Positions 20,101 to 27,499 of a stretch of DNA of 64,000 nt are shown piece after piece. Made by a program: the position numbers and the translations under genes. The stretch comes from Eubacteriales bacterium (GTDB lineage Bacteria > Bacillota > Clostridia > Lachnospirales > WRAX01). Under the pieces are notes generated by a model. It did not search any database and was not told where the DNA came from. It saw nothing but the letters and a program-made list of their open reading frames with translations. The stretch is taken from contig JAVBOO010000009.1 of NCBI GenBank assembly GCA_031550435.1, positions 39,202-103,201 of the forward strand. Direction: 5' to 3'. Numbering within the stretch: position 1 is the first letter of the stretch; every line of letters begins with the position of its first letter.

Positions 20101-21300
20101 CCCTTCCTCGGTTGGTTTACGGACAGCGAGATGACAACTCCCTGGGTTCCCTCGGCCGAACCGGTCACGGAAGATATGACCGTCTACGCTAAATGGGGAA
20201 TCAGAAACTACTATGTCAAGTTTGAGAGAAGAGGCGGTTCGGGAACAATCCCCAACCAGTCGGTTACTTACGGCGGAACAGCTACGCAGCCGACAGTAAC
20301 GCCGACAAAGGCAAACAGTGTGTTCGAGGGCTGGTATACAAATGCCGGACTTCTTACTCCTTACAATTTCTCTGCGCCTATTACGGCCAACACTGTTATT
20401 TACGCTAAGTTTACAACGGATTTGGGTAACACGACCGTTCCGCTAAAAGCCCCAGAATACAACCAAACTCCGCAGCCTAAAGTAGCGGGTGTTGGATACA
20501 CGGGCGATGTGGAATGGTTTAACGTAACGGACAATGTGCCGCTTTCGGGAACATTTGAAGCCGCAAAGGTTTATAGGGCGACGGTTACACTCGACTCTTG
20601 CGCTTATCCTCCACAGACTCCGCTTTCGTTCTACAGATGGCCCACAACCGCTCCCGCAGTGACGGTTGCCGGCCAGACTGTTCAAAACACGCAGGTTTCC
20701 GGAGGCTATGTAACAGGAAACAAGCTCACTTTTACGGTTGATTTCGCTCCTATACCGGATGAGCTTGTCAGCATCGGCACGATAGATCCGATAAGTGTTC
20801 CGAACAACAGGGTAACACTTGAACAGGCTAAGGCAATGCTCGGCAATACGGTATCCATCGTAACCGAAAAAGGCTCGGCAGATACCGCCGAAGTGGTTTG
20901 GAACGCGGATACAGTACCGGCTTACGATATGACTGTTGCCGGGGTATACGAGCTTACCGGTACAGTGACGCTTCCGCATGAGGTGACGAACCCCAACGGA
21001 GTTTCACTCACGGTTGTAACGACTGTCACAGTCGAAGACCCGATTTACGCAACAAAGGTAACAGTTAGCGCGCCTGCTCTTATGAACCTTAAAAAAGGCA
21101 CGACAGTTAATGTAGCGGCAACCGTTGAACCTGCTGATGTCTCGTACCCGGGAGTTGTATGGGTTTCGTCGAACCCGCTTATTGCAACTGTTGACAGTCA
21201 GGGCAATGTTAAGGGTATCACGGCGGGAACCGTAATAATAACGGTCACATCGACAGACGGAAAGGCTAAATGCGTTTTCGCGGTAAAAGTAACGAACTAA
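17200..21300 (+). CDS. secreted multidomain serine hydrolase (beta-lactamase/PBP-like core) with CBM-like, Listeria-Bacteroides repeat and Big_2 domains
   Basis: 1366 aa with a signal peptide. The N-terminal domain is pullulanase-associated-like (VTVHYHNDNGNY...VWNF). The hydrolase core carries SxxK (SNSK), YNYSD and GHAGLFSS. There are four Flg_new-type repeats (GWYKDEAFTQPWNFDT, GWFTNADCTAVWDF, GWFTDSEMTTPW, GWYTNAGLLTPYNF). The C-terminal domain is Big_2 (ITAGTVIITVTS...AVKVTN). Confidence 0.85.
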   Translation: MKTKKLFAILLTFAMTMGAFSLQQAKASSTVTVTVHYHNDNGNYAETVIDVWNFSDTAAEAGTVAIDEYGWKNTFTVNGVNEKEYVKFRITSDSVFPTDVRYLDPAGSSSIEVWLIDGDAKAYGQPVKIDPQYTTAKDGVRYVAVQAIPLYFNTGNVNNYTITYGASNGYYTPGTESGSGVAANLGGTPPSPKVTLLRNLNRFRANQQDDWWEICPASKSVLVNYSTTTQTAEMTTGSHAAANNGLGFNLREGDVYPLFLGLDLIQEGPVSAEGKTFLSLKSIRGMTQTLGGIIAGADTYLLPNMFVGYEKVLDFTSNPEAVGFSGEMLKAFKQFIDLEAQSTDGMPIACSITLDGKKVFSYAAGTVAQFRTTPNGSGGYNAAIPIPVSEQVPVTADSLFDLASNSKMYSGIYAMERLVSQGLLDLDKKLNEYPGWENYKDSYIVYTGKMSGSNYVGKTGKDNTTIRQILSHYAGLEADPEYQNRIQAGELWYHTDNPYDRTEIIDMICKTPLRYNVGTTYNYSDVDFMIVALLAESITGVPFDVYMEQIYKEELGVQNTAFNPLLKGYDQDQLVATCEINGNTRDGNVMYGFMDDGYTPVPERSYTIQGEVHDEKAYYAMGGISGHAGLFSSVNDMSELMQLALNCGSYNGFNMFDRQTHQMFTTPFTTTATVGLGWWMNNTSGSIMSYFSWGPSMQTYGHQGWTGTISVIDPLKGMSVTCLTSMKHGPTINAANTFTNTQARIGGNGEYSGPGNLVLQNCYAQGSMDFIEHDTVLWGVSYNPLPGRDLKVELVLDGNYATGTKPAGEPGYVFDGWYKDEAFTQPWNFDTDKVMCDVSLYSKWVEAENVPAEPTETTWKVRFVRTGIATQIVADGDTATPVADPARAGYKFGGWFTNADCTAVWDFATPVTSNINLYAKWTELHTITFDTNGGSIVRPLQVADGEYAAGARYSPSKVSSISIPDSLPFLGWFTDSEMTTPWVPSAEPVTEDMTVYAKWGIRNYYVKFERRGGSGTIPNQSVTYGGTATQPTVTPTKANSVFEGWYTNAGLLTPYNFSAPITANTVIYAKFTTDLGNTTVPLKAPEYNQTPQPKVAGVGYTGDVEWFNVTDNVPLSGTFEAAKVYRATVTLDSCAYPPQTPLSFYRWPTTAPAVTVAGQTVQNTQVSGGYVTGNKLTFTVDFAPIPDELVSIGTIDPISVPNNRVTLEQAKAMLGNTVSIVTEKGSADTAEVVWNADTVPAYDMTVAGVYELTGTVTLPHEVTNPNGVSLTVVTTVTVEDPIYATKVTVSAPALMNLKKGTTVNVAATVEPADVSYPGVVWVSSNPLIATVDSQGNVKGITAGTVIITVTSTDGKAKCVFAVKVTN

Positions 21301-21303
21301 CGA

Positions 21304-21425
21304 GGAAGTGTTGAAAATTGCGCACGAAACCCACTTTAGTGGGTTGAGCGAGCGGCGCTCTCCATTGAAAAATGGTGCCTTTCCATTTTCAATGGAAAGC
21401 CGCAAGGCGATTTTTCAACATGCCC
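21304..21425 (+). mobile_element. MITE family B, copy 1 (122 bp)
   Basis: GGAAGTGTTGAAAATTGCG...CGATTTTTCAACATGCCC with imperfect TIRs and a 5-bp TSD, AACGA at 21299-21303 and 21426-21430. It is inserted 3 nt after the stop codon of the 1366-aa gene. Confidence 0.8.
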
Positions 21426-21468
21426 AACGAACCATGAATCAACGCGCTGACTAAATGTCGGCAAACAA

Positions 21469-21501
21469 ATCAGGGCTTCCGCAATTTGCGGAAGCCCTGA
21501 T
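21469..21501. terminator. GC-rich hairpin between convergent genes
   Basis: ATCAGGGCTTCCGCA-loop-TGCGGAAGCCCTGAT, a perfect ~15-bp stem. The minus-strand reading is followed by TTTGTTTG. It probably terminates glsA and/or the 1366-aa gene. Confidence 0.55.
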
Positions 21502-21621
21502 CTTGTAGTAGGAATGCCCTTATACTGTTTTAATTCTAATGTTGGAATAGATTTTTCTAAAACCGCGACAGCTCAGGCTGCAACGAAAAATCTATTCCTG
21601 CAATTTATATTTATAACAGTA

Positions 21622-22563
21622 TTAGAACACACCTATATCCAGTTCGTTTCTTAGTTTCTTTAACAACTCGATTCCGGCGATACTGCTGCCCTTTTCGTTC
21701 AGTGCCGGGCCATAGATACCTACCCCGACTTTTCCGGGAGAGACAGACATGATGCCGCCGCCAACGCCGCTTTTTGACGGCAGACCGACTGATACGGCAA
21801 AGCTTCCGGATTCGTCATACATTCCGCAAAGCATCATCATTGCGTTAACGGTTTGAGCCGCTTCCGGAGAGAAAACGCGCTTGCCCGTCGAAACGGATAT
21901 ACCCCTGTTTGCAAGAGTTGCCGCAATTTGCGCAAGCTCCTTGACCGTAACCTTAATTGCGCAAATTTTGAAATACGCGTCTAAAACCTCTTCAACATCT
22001 CCGTCCAAAACGCCGACGCTCTTCATAAAATACGCCAAAGCGCGGTTTCTCGAGCCCGTCATCTTTTCCGACTTGTAAACACCTTCATGAATTCCTATGT
22101 TCTTGTTTCCCGTAATTTCATGGAGCAGCGACAGTATTCTGCAAAATTTATCTTCATAGGTTTTGCCGTTTGAAAAGCCGATACTCAGTATTGCTCCTGA
22201 GTTTATAAACGGATTAAGCGGTTTGTGCGAGTCTCTCGTTTCGAGGTTTACTATAGAGTTAAAACCGTCATGCGAAGGTTCGAAGCTGATTTTAGTTTTT
22301 ATTCTGTTCAAATCGGTGTCGATAAGAGCGGCAAGCAGTATGAGAACCTTTGATACGCTTTGCATAGTGAATTCGGCAGTGCTGTCTCCGGCAAAATGCT
22401 CTCTTAAATCCGTTCTTATGAGATAAATCCCCAGCAAATTTTTGTCATACGCTGAAAGCTCGGGTATATAAGAGGCGACTTTTCCGGTTTTACAGTACGG
22501 GCGGCATTCTTTGACCATTCTGGTTAATAAGTCGTTAATGGAAATCACTCTCCTCAAATGCAA
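21622..22563 (-). CDS. glsA: glutaminase
   Basis: 313 aa with GKVASYIPELS, the serine-lysine motif QSVSKV, and PSKSGVGGGIM. This is the typical glutaminase A family. Confidence 0.9.
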   Translation of the reverse strand: MHLRRVISINDLLTRMVKECRPYCKTGKVASYIPELSAYDKNLLGIYLIRTDLREHFAGDSTAEFTMQSVSKVLILLAALIDTDLNRIKTKISFEPSHDGFNSIVNLETRDSHKPLNPFINSGAILSIGFSNGKTYEDKFCRILSLLHEITGNKNIGIHEGVYKSEKMTGSRNRALAYFMKSVGVLDGDVEEVLDAYFKICAIKVTVKELAQIAATLANRGISVSTGKRVFSPEAAQTVNAMMMLCGMYDESGSFAVSVGLPSKSGVGGGIMSVSPGKVGVGIYGPALNEKGSSIAGIELLKKLRNELDIGVF

Positions 22564-22605
22564 TAACGTTTAATGATTGCCGGTGTTTTGCACGGAGCAA
22601 TCCGG

Positions 22606-23166
22606 CTACATGCACCTGTACTGTTCCGTGCCATCGCTGTAAAAATCGCTGCCTTTGCTGTCTATAGCAACGATAACGGGAAGTTTTTCGATTACGAGCC
22701 GTCTGACAGCCTCGGTTCCCAAATCGTCAAACGCGATAACTTCGGATAATTTAACGCATTTTGCCATAAGAGCGGCAGCTCCGCCGATTGCGGCAAAATA
22801 TACTCCTCCGTGGTCGATTATGGCCTGCTTAACTTCGGGAGAGCGGTAGCCTTTGCCTATCATGGCCTTTAGCCCGTGCGAAATCAAAAGCGGGGAGTAA
22901 GCATCCATTCTTCCGCTTGTCGTCGGGCCGACTGAGCCGATGGCTTGGCCCGGCTTCGCTGGGCAGGGACCCGCATAGTAAATGACTTTGCCGTTCAGCT
23001 CAAACGGCAGGGTTTCGCCTTTCTGTATCATCTCATAGAGCCGCTTGTGCGCGGCATCCCTGCCTGTGTAGATTTCACCGGAAAGGTACACCATTTCACC
23101 GGCTCTGAGCGAAAGCATGGCTTCGTCGGTTAACGGAACACTGACAATTTTTAAGGTATCGTTCAT
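22606..23166 (-). CDS. Fe-S type (class I) hydro-lyase beta subunit (fumarase/tartrate dehydratase family; probable mesaconase beta)
   Basis: GEIYTGRDAAHKRL, YYAGPCPAKPG, SVGPTTSGRMD and GKGYRS match the class I fumarase C-terminal domain. RBS TAGGAGG precedes ATG 23166. The ORF track extends to 23208. Confidence 0.85.
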   Translation of the reverse strand: MNDTLKIVSVPLTDEAMLSLRAGEMVYLSGEIYTGRDAAHKRLYEMIQKGETLPFELNGKVIYYAGPCPAKPGQAIGSVGPTTSGRMDAYSPLLISHGLKAMIGKGYRSPEVKQAIIDHGGVYFAAIGGAAALMAKCVKLSEVIAFDDLGTEAVRRLVIEKLPVIVAIDSKGSDFYSDGTEQYRCM

Positions 23167-23176
23167 GGCAAACCTC

Positions 23177-24019
23177 CTAAAGAGTGACTGTAGCATGTCT
23201 TGCGGCATGGCAGCATATGTTTATGGCTACCGGCAGACCTGCGATATGGGTCGGGTATGTTTCGATATTGACACCGAGGCAGGTCGTTGTTCCTCCAAAC
23301 CCTCCGGGCCCGAGGCCTGTTTTGTTTACAAGTTCCTTTAGCTCGCTTTCGATTCCCGCCCAATAATTATCCGGGTGAGACTCATCTATACTTCTTAGCA
23401 AAGCCTTTTTTGCTATAAGCGCCGCTTTTTCCATTGTGCCGCCGATACCGATACCTAGTATTATCGGCGGACAGGCGTTCGGGCCGGCTTTGAGAGCCGT
23501 TTCCGCAACAAAGTTCTTGATGCCTTCGATGCCCTCGGAAGGCTTAAGCATTTTGAGCGCGCTCATGTTCTCGCTGCCAAAGCCCTTTGGCGTGACAGTA
23601 ATCGTGAAACTGTCCCCCGGCACTATAGTATAATGTATGACGGCGGGAGTATTGTCATTTGTGTTTACACGAGCTATCGGGTCTCTTACAACCGATTTTC
23701 TGAGATAGCCTTTTTCATAGCCGTTTCTGACGCCTTCGTTTATTGCGTCTTCAAGTCCGCCGCCGACAACATGCACATCTTGGCCAACATCAACAAAGGC
23801 AACCAATACCCCGGTATCCTGGCACATGGGGCAGCTGTCGTTTGCGGCTATGTCTGCGTTTTTGATAAGCGTTTCTATAACGCTTTTACCCAGCGGAGAT
23901 TTTTCGGTCTCGAGTGACTTTTTGAACTCGTTTCTTATATCATCGGAAAGATAGTAATTAGCGTCAATGCAAAGCTTTTCGACAGCTTCGCTTATTTTAC
24001 TTACATGAATTTCCCTCAT
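23177..24019 (-). CDS. Fe-S type (class I) hydro-lyase alpha subunit (probable mesaconase alpha)
   Basis: 280 aa with the cluster-ligand region PMCQDTGVLVAFVDVG, GIGIGGTMEKAA and NICCHAARHA. These match the class I fumarase N-terminal domain. Confidence 0.85.
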   Translation of the reverse strand: MREIHVSKISEAVEKLCIDANYYLSDDIRNEFKKSLETEKSPLGKSVIETLIKNADIAANDSCPMCQDTGVLVAFVDVGQDVHVVGGGLEDAINEGVRNGYEKGYLRKSVVRDPIARVNTNDNTPAVIHYTIVPGDSFTITVTPKGFGSENMSALKMLKPSEGIEGIKNFVAETALKAGPNACPPIILGIGIGGTMEKAALIAKKALLRSIDESHPDNYWAGIESELKELVNKTGLGPGGFGGTTTCLGVNIETYPTHIAGLPVAINICCHAARHATVTL

Positions 24020-24068
24020 GTCCGCCTCCGGTTTATAAAAGTTGTTTCGGCTGTTTTTTATTACATCG

Positions 24069-24346
24069 GCAACAAAATATATGAAAACGCTATATGGAAG
24101 TGTTGAAAATTGCGTACGAAACCCACTTTAGTGGGTTGAGCGAGCGGCGCTCTCCATTGAAAAATGGTGTTTTTCCATTTTCAATGGAAAGCCGTAAGGC
24201 AATTTTTCAACATGCCCTATATTTTGTTGTTCCCTCGCTAAGACGCAGATGCGCCGCATTGGAGCGCTGCGGCATATCTAGACGCGTCTGCTCGGCACGA
24301 GTAACCGCGTAAGTATTTTATGCGGTATTTAACTTCCGCGGTAATA
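24069..24346 (+). repeat. repeat family C, copy 1, interrupted by MITE B2
   Basis: 24069-24095 plus 24223-24346 align without gaps to C2 (38364-38512) once B2 and one TSD copy are removed. Similarity may continue to about 24370. It lies between the DUF4387-like gene and the hydro-lyase alpha gene. Confidence 0.75.
24096..24217 (+). mobile_element. MITE family B, copy 2 (122 bp), nested in C1
   Basis: Same termini as B1, with about 5 mismatches to B1 by eye. The TSD is TATAT at 24091-24095 and 24218-24222. Confidence 0.85.
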
Positions 24347-24404
24347 TGAATTTCAGGTTTCAAAAATACACCGACAAAGTCAGACTTTGTCGGCATAAGT
24401 TTGA

Positions 24405-24722
24405 TTACATATTAAACTCAAATTTCATAAGCGGAGCATGCTGCTGCGCGCCGTACACATCGGTCTCTCCGAGATTTCCGGAACATATCGGACGGACTAT
24501 GGTTATTTTGATAGCCTTAGCAGGCTCAAAATTAACTATCTCCATCACATCGTTTTTATCGATGTTATAGAGCTTTGAAAACGATTCGGGCGTGAATACG
24601 TTCGCATCGGCGACCTGCCTGTACAGTTCGTGGGTCTTGAAAATTATATCAAACGTAAGCTCATACGGGCCCGAATTTTTGCTGCGGATTACGTCCGCAA
24701 GGTCAATCAGTCTGTAGTGCAT
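24405..24722 (-). CDS. DUF4387-like small protein (AtuA C-terminal-domain-like)
   Basis: 105 aa. The motifs IRSKNSGPYELTFDIIF and ETDVYGAQQHAPL are what I recognise as the DUF4387 signature. The family usually sits adjacent to, or fused with, DUF1446/AtuA. Confidence 0.65.
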   Translation of the reverse strand: MHYRLIDLADVIRSKNSGPYELTFDIIFKTHELYRQVADANVFTPESFSKLYNIDKNDVMEIVNFEPAKAIKITIVRPICSGNLGETDVYGAQQHAPLMKFEFNM

Positions 24723-24736
24723 ATGCTCGCCTCCCT

Positions 24737-26095
24737 CTACAGTTGTTTAATTTCGATTGGGAAAAATTCGCTCGGATCGTCAACTTCCATAAGGTGATAC
24801 AAGCTGAACTCGTAAACCTCGCCGACTTTGAAGTCCGAGGGCGAGAACGGGAATGCAAGGTTACCGGCTGTTGAAATTCTGCCTTCGTAGCCGTAGTGAA
24901 GCATTGTAGAGCGGGCAAAGCTGCAAATCGTGTTGGCAAGAGATTGTTCTGCCGCAACCGCCTCTATGACTATGCAAAGCTCGTGGCTCGTTTCCTTCTC
25001 CAGACCGTCAAATATGGCCATAACGCCGTTTTTGCCGTAAATCTTGAAATCAAGGAAAAAGTCTTTGATTCCGAAGCTTTCGAAGTTGTTTTTAACTCTT
25101 GCCTTAACGCCTTCGATAATCGAGTCGATCTTGTTAATCATAACCGGATCTTTTGTAGCGGCAATGGAAACCGTTCTGTAGCCGACGCGCTTGACGCCTT
25201 CCAGCTTGATGAAGAAGCCTTCGGTCGGGATAAATTTGCTTCCGGATACCTTAACGTACTGCTCGTCGAGCTGTTCGAATTTCGTGCTCTTAAGATCAAG
25301 TATTCCGCCGGGTCCGGGAAGTATATAGGGGTTGGTCTTCTCGTAAAGTGTGTGAGCCGCAACTGACAAAGTTGTACATTTTCTGGCGGGATTAAGAGTG
25401 CAAACCTTGAAATAGTCATCTCCAAGATAGCCCATCATGCAGTCGGAGCCGCTCCCGGGTGTCGAGGCGATAGCGGCGCATTCGAGTATCTTGCCAAGAT
25501 GGATTGCAAGACCCTTATCATAACCCTTCATTATAGCGAGCGAAGCGAAGTTTGCAGGGTCATAAGCGCGACCGGCAAGTATAACCTGCGCACCCATTTC
25601 GAGCGCTTTTATCATCGGCTCAAAGCCCATTTGCGCAACGGTTCTTACGGTATCTTCAATATCCTTTTCCGTTGCTTCGGGAGCCGGATGAAGAGGTTTA
25701 ACTTTTCCTTGCTTAAACTTCTTAAGTATAACGTCCTTAGATATATCGGCGGGGATGACCGCAAGCTTGAAATGAAGGTTCTTTTCTTTTGCGATTTCCT
25801 CGATTATTTCGAGGTTCCATTTCAAATGGGGTTCCGCTCCGCTTCCGCCCGCCGTACCGATAATAACGGGTATGTTATTATCAAGCCCCGCGGGTATCAT
25901 GTAGGAAAGGTCTCTTTTGACCGAATTTCTGTCCGTGAACGAGATTCCGGCTCCCAGGTAGTACGGGCCGGGGTCTGTCGAGCCCGCGTCAACCGCAATA
26001 ACATGCGGCTTTCTTTTCATGCCTTCTTTGAAAGATTCTTCGGGGAAGCCGTAGCCTAATATGGCCGTAGGCGAAAGTATTCTCATTTCTTCCAT
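24737..26095 (-). CDS. AtuA-like (DUF1446-like) protein of unknown function
   Basis: About 452 aa from ATG 26095 (RBS GGGAGG 7 nt upstream; the ORF track starts at TTG 26110). The assignment rests mainly on size and tight adjacency (15-nt gap) to the DUF4387-like gene. It needs HMM confirmation. Confidence 0.5.
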   Translation of the reverse strand: MEEMRILSPTAILGYGFPEESFKEGMKRKPHVIAVDAGSTDPGPYYLGAGISFTDRNSVKRDLSYMIPAGLDNNIPVIIGTAGGSGAEPHLKWNLEIIEEIAKEKNLHFKLAVIPADISKDVILKKFKQGKVKPLHPAPEATEKDIEDTVRTVAQMGFEPMIKALEMGAQVILAGRAYDPANFASLAIMKGYDKGLAIHLGKILECAAIASTPGSGSDCMMGYLGDDYFKVCTLNPARKCTTLSVAAHTLYEKTNPYILPGPGGILDLKSTKFEQLDEQYVKVSGSKFIPTEGFFIKLEGVKRVGYRTVSIAATKDPVMINKIDSIIEGVKARVKNNFESFGIKDFFLDFKIYGKNGVMAIFDGLEKETSHELCIVIEAVAAEQSLANTICSFARSTMLHYGYEGRISTAGNLAFPFSPSDFKVGEVYEFSLYHLMEVDDPSEFFPIEIKQL

Positions 26096-26122
26096 TACTT
26101 TTCCTCCCAACGTAAGCGCGCT

Positions 26123-27364
26123 TTACAGCACGTCTTTAAGTGCAAGTACTCTGCTCATTTCGTTGAAAACTATCATATAGCCCTCGTCAACGCCCATGCC
26201 GGGCTTTGCGAGTATTTGTACCGGCTGAGTAGCCATAGCGATCTGTGTACAAACCTGAGCCGAACGGTCAGTTTCGTTGCATGTTCCGCCCTGGTATGCG
26301 CCCATTCCGTTAGCCTTGCAATACAGAACGGCTTCGATTGTGTTGTTGACACCGCCCAAGTCAGGCGTTTTGATTTGGGCCATATGGCCGGCTTTAGCTT
26401 TTGTAAAATCTACAACGTCCTCGTAAGTGTTGCACCATTCGTCCGCTACGATTTCGACCTGAATGCCTTTCGCGTCTACAAGAGCTCTGATATCTCTCAA
26501 GGCGTTTATCTGAGCTTCGCGCTCTCCCATGTCAACGGGACCTTCAATGCGAAGTTTAAACGGTTTCGCGTTTTGCTCGAGCTTTCCGAGATAGTCGGCG
26601 ATTTTCTCGAAGTCAAAGTCGAATACCGGCCCGAGGTTTCCGTATACGTCTATATGGAATATAGGGTTGTAGCTTTCGGAAAAACGAAGTTTCGTCGTTC
26701 TTTCACTGAGCCATTTTACGTAATCCGCAAGCTTATCACCGTTTTTCCCTACCTTGTCTGTGTTGTTAAACAGAGCGTGAGGAAGTACGTCCGAGCCCTT
26801 GAGTATCATTTTGTCGGTGTTTGTGAATCTGTCGTCACCTGACTGGCTGAAAACGGGGATGTGTCTGTCCGCTATCTTAAGGCCGTATTCATCAGCGACA
26901 ATTTGAGCCATAAGCTTTTTCTTGGACTTTGCGACTGCGTCGAGACATGCCTGGGTTACGCCGTAACGTATAGCGGTGTGCATAAGCTTGCCTGTGACCG
27001 AGTCGATATGGCTGTCTGCAAGTTTTGCCATTTCTTTGAATGTAGTTATTTCCTTTCCCTTGAAGAGGGGAGCGATCTCTCTCTCTATGATAGGGATAAA
27101 ATCCTTTGCGAGGAAAAGAGGGTCTCTTCCGCCGGCACCGGAGTATTGAACGGCAGCGCAGTCGCCGTAGGCGATCTGCCCGTCCTCGAGTACAAACATA
27201 ACGGAAACGGATTCGCCTGCCTGGCGAACGGCCGAGAAGCCCTCAGTCGCGGGAGTGCCTATATAAGCGGCTCCGTCGGCAACCGCATTGAGCTTTATAG
27301 CTTTTTGGTCGTCGAAGAAGAAACCGGTTCTTCCCGCCGAGCATACTACATTTATAATCTTCAT
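26123..27364 (-). CDS. mal: 3-methylaspartate ammonia-lyase
   Basis: 413 aa, the length of clostridial MAL. The N-terminus MKIINVVCSAGRTGFFFDDQKAIK is nearly the canonical MAL start. The rest looks like an enolase-superfamily C-terminal barrel. Confidence 0.92.
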   Translation of the reverse strand: MKIINVVCSAGRTGFFFDDQKAIKLNAVADGAAYIGTPATEGFSAVRQAGESVSVMFVLEDGQIAYGDCAAVQYSGAGGRDPLFLAKDFIPIIEREIAPLFKGKEITTFKEMAKLADSHIDSVTGKLMHTAIRYGVTQACLDAVAKSKKKLMAQIVADEYGLKIADRHIPVFSQSGDDRFTNTDKMILKGSDVLPHALFNNTDKVGKNGDKLADYVKWLSERTTKLRFSESYNPIFHIDVYGNLGPVFDFDFEKIADYLGKLEQNAKPFKLRIEGPVDMGEREAQINALRDIRALVDAKGIQVEIVADEWCNTYEDVVDFTKAKAGHMAQIKTPDLGGVNNTIEAVLYCKANGMGAYQGGTCNETDRSAQVCTQIAMATQPVQILAKPGMGVDEGYMIVFNEMSRVLALKDVL

Positions 27365-27499
27365 AATATCCTCCGAATTGGTTCATTTGATTATCGCCGC
27401 GAAAGCGTCCCGCAGTGTTTGCGCTCTTGAAACTCAAAGACTGACTTTTGGGCAGTAAATTCTTATCAGCCGGCTTTTGCGCGGCCTTATAATCGCTCT

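Noticed and set aside
24094-24312. A 72-aa ORF (MEVLKIAYETHFSGLSERR...).
   Set aside because: It is composed entirely of MITE B2 plus repeat C1 sequence. The same artificial frame appears wherever the repeat occurs.
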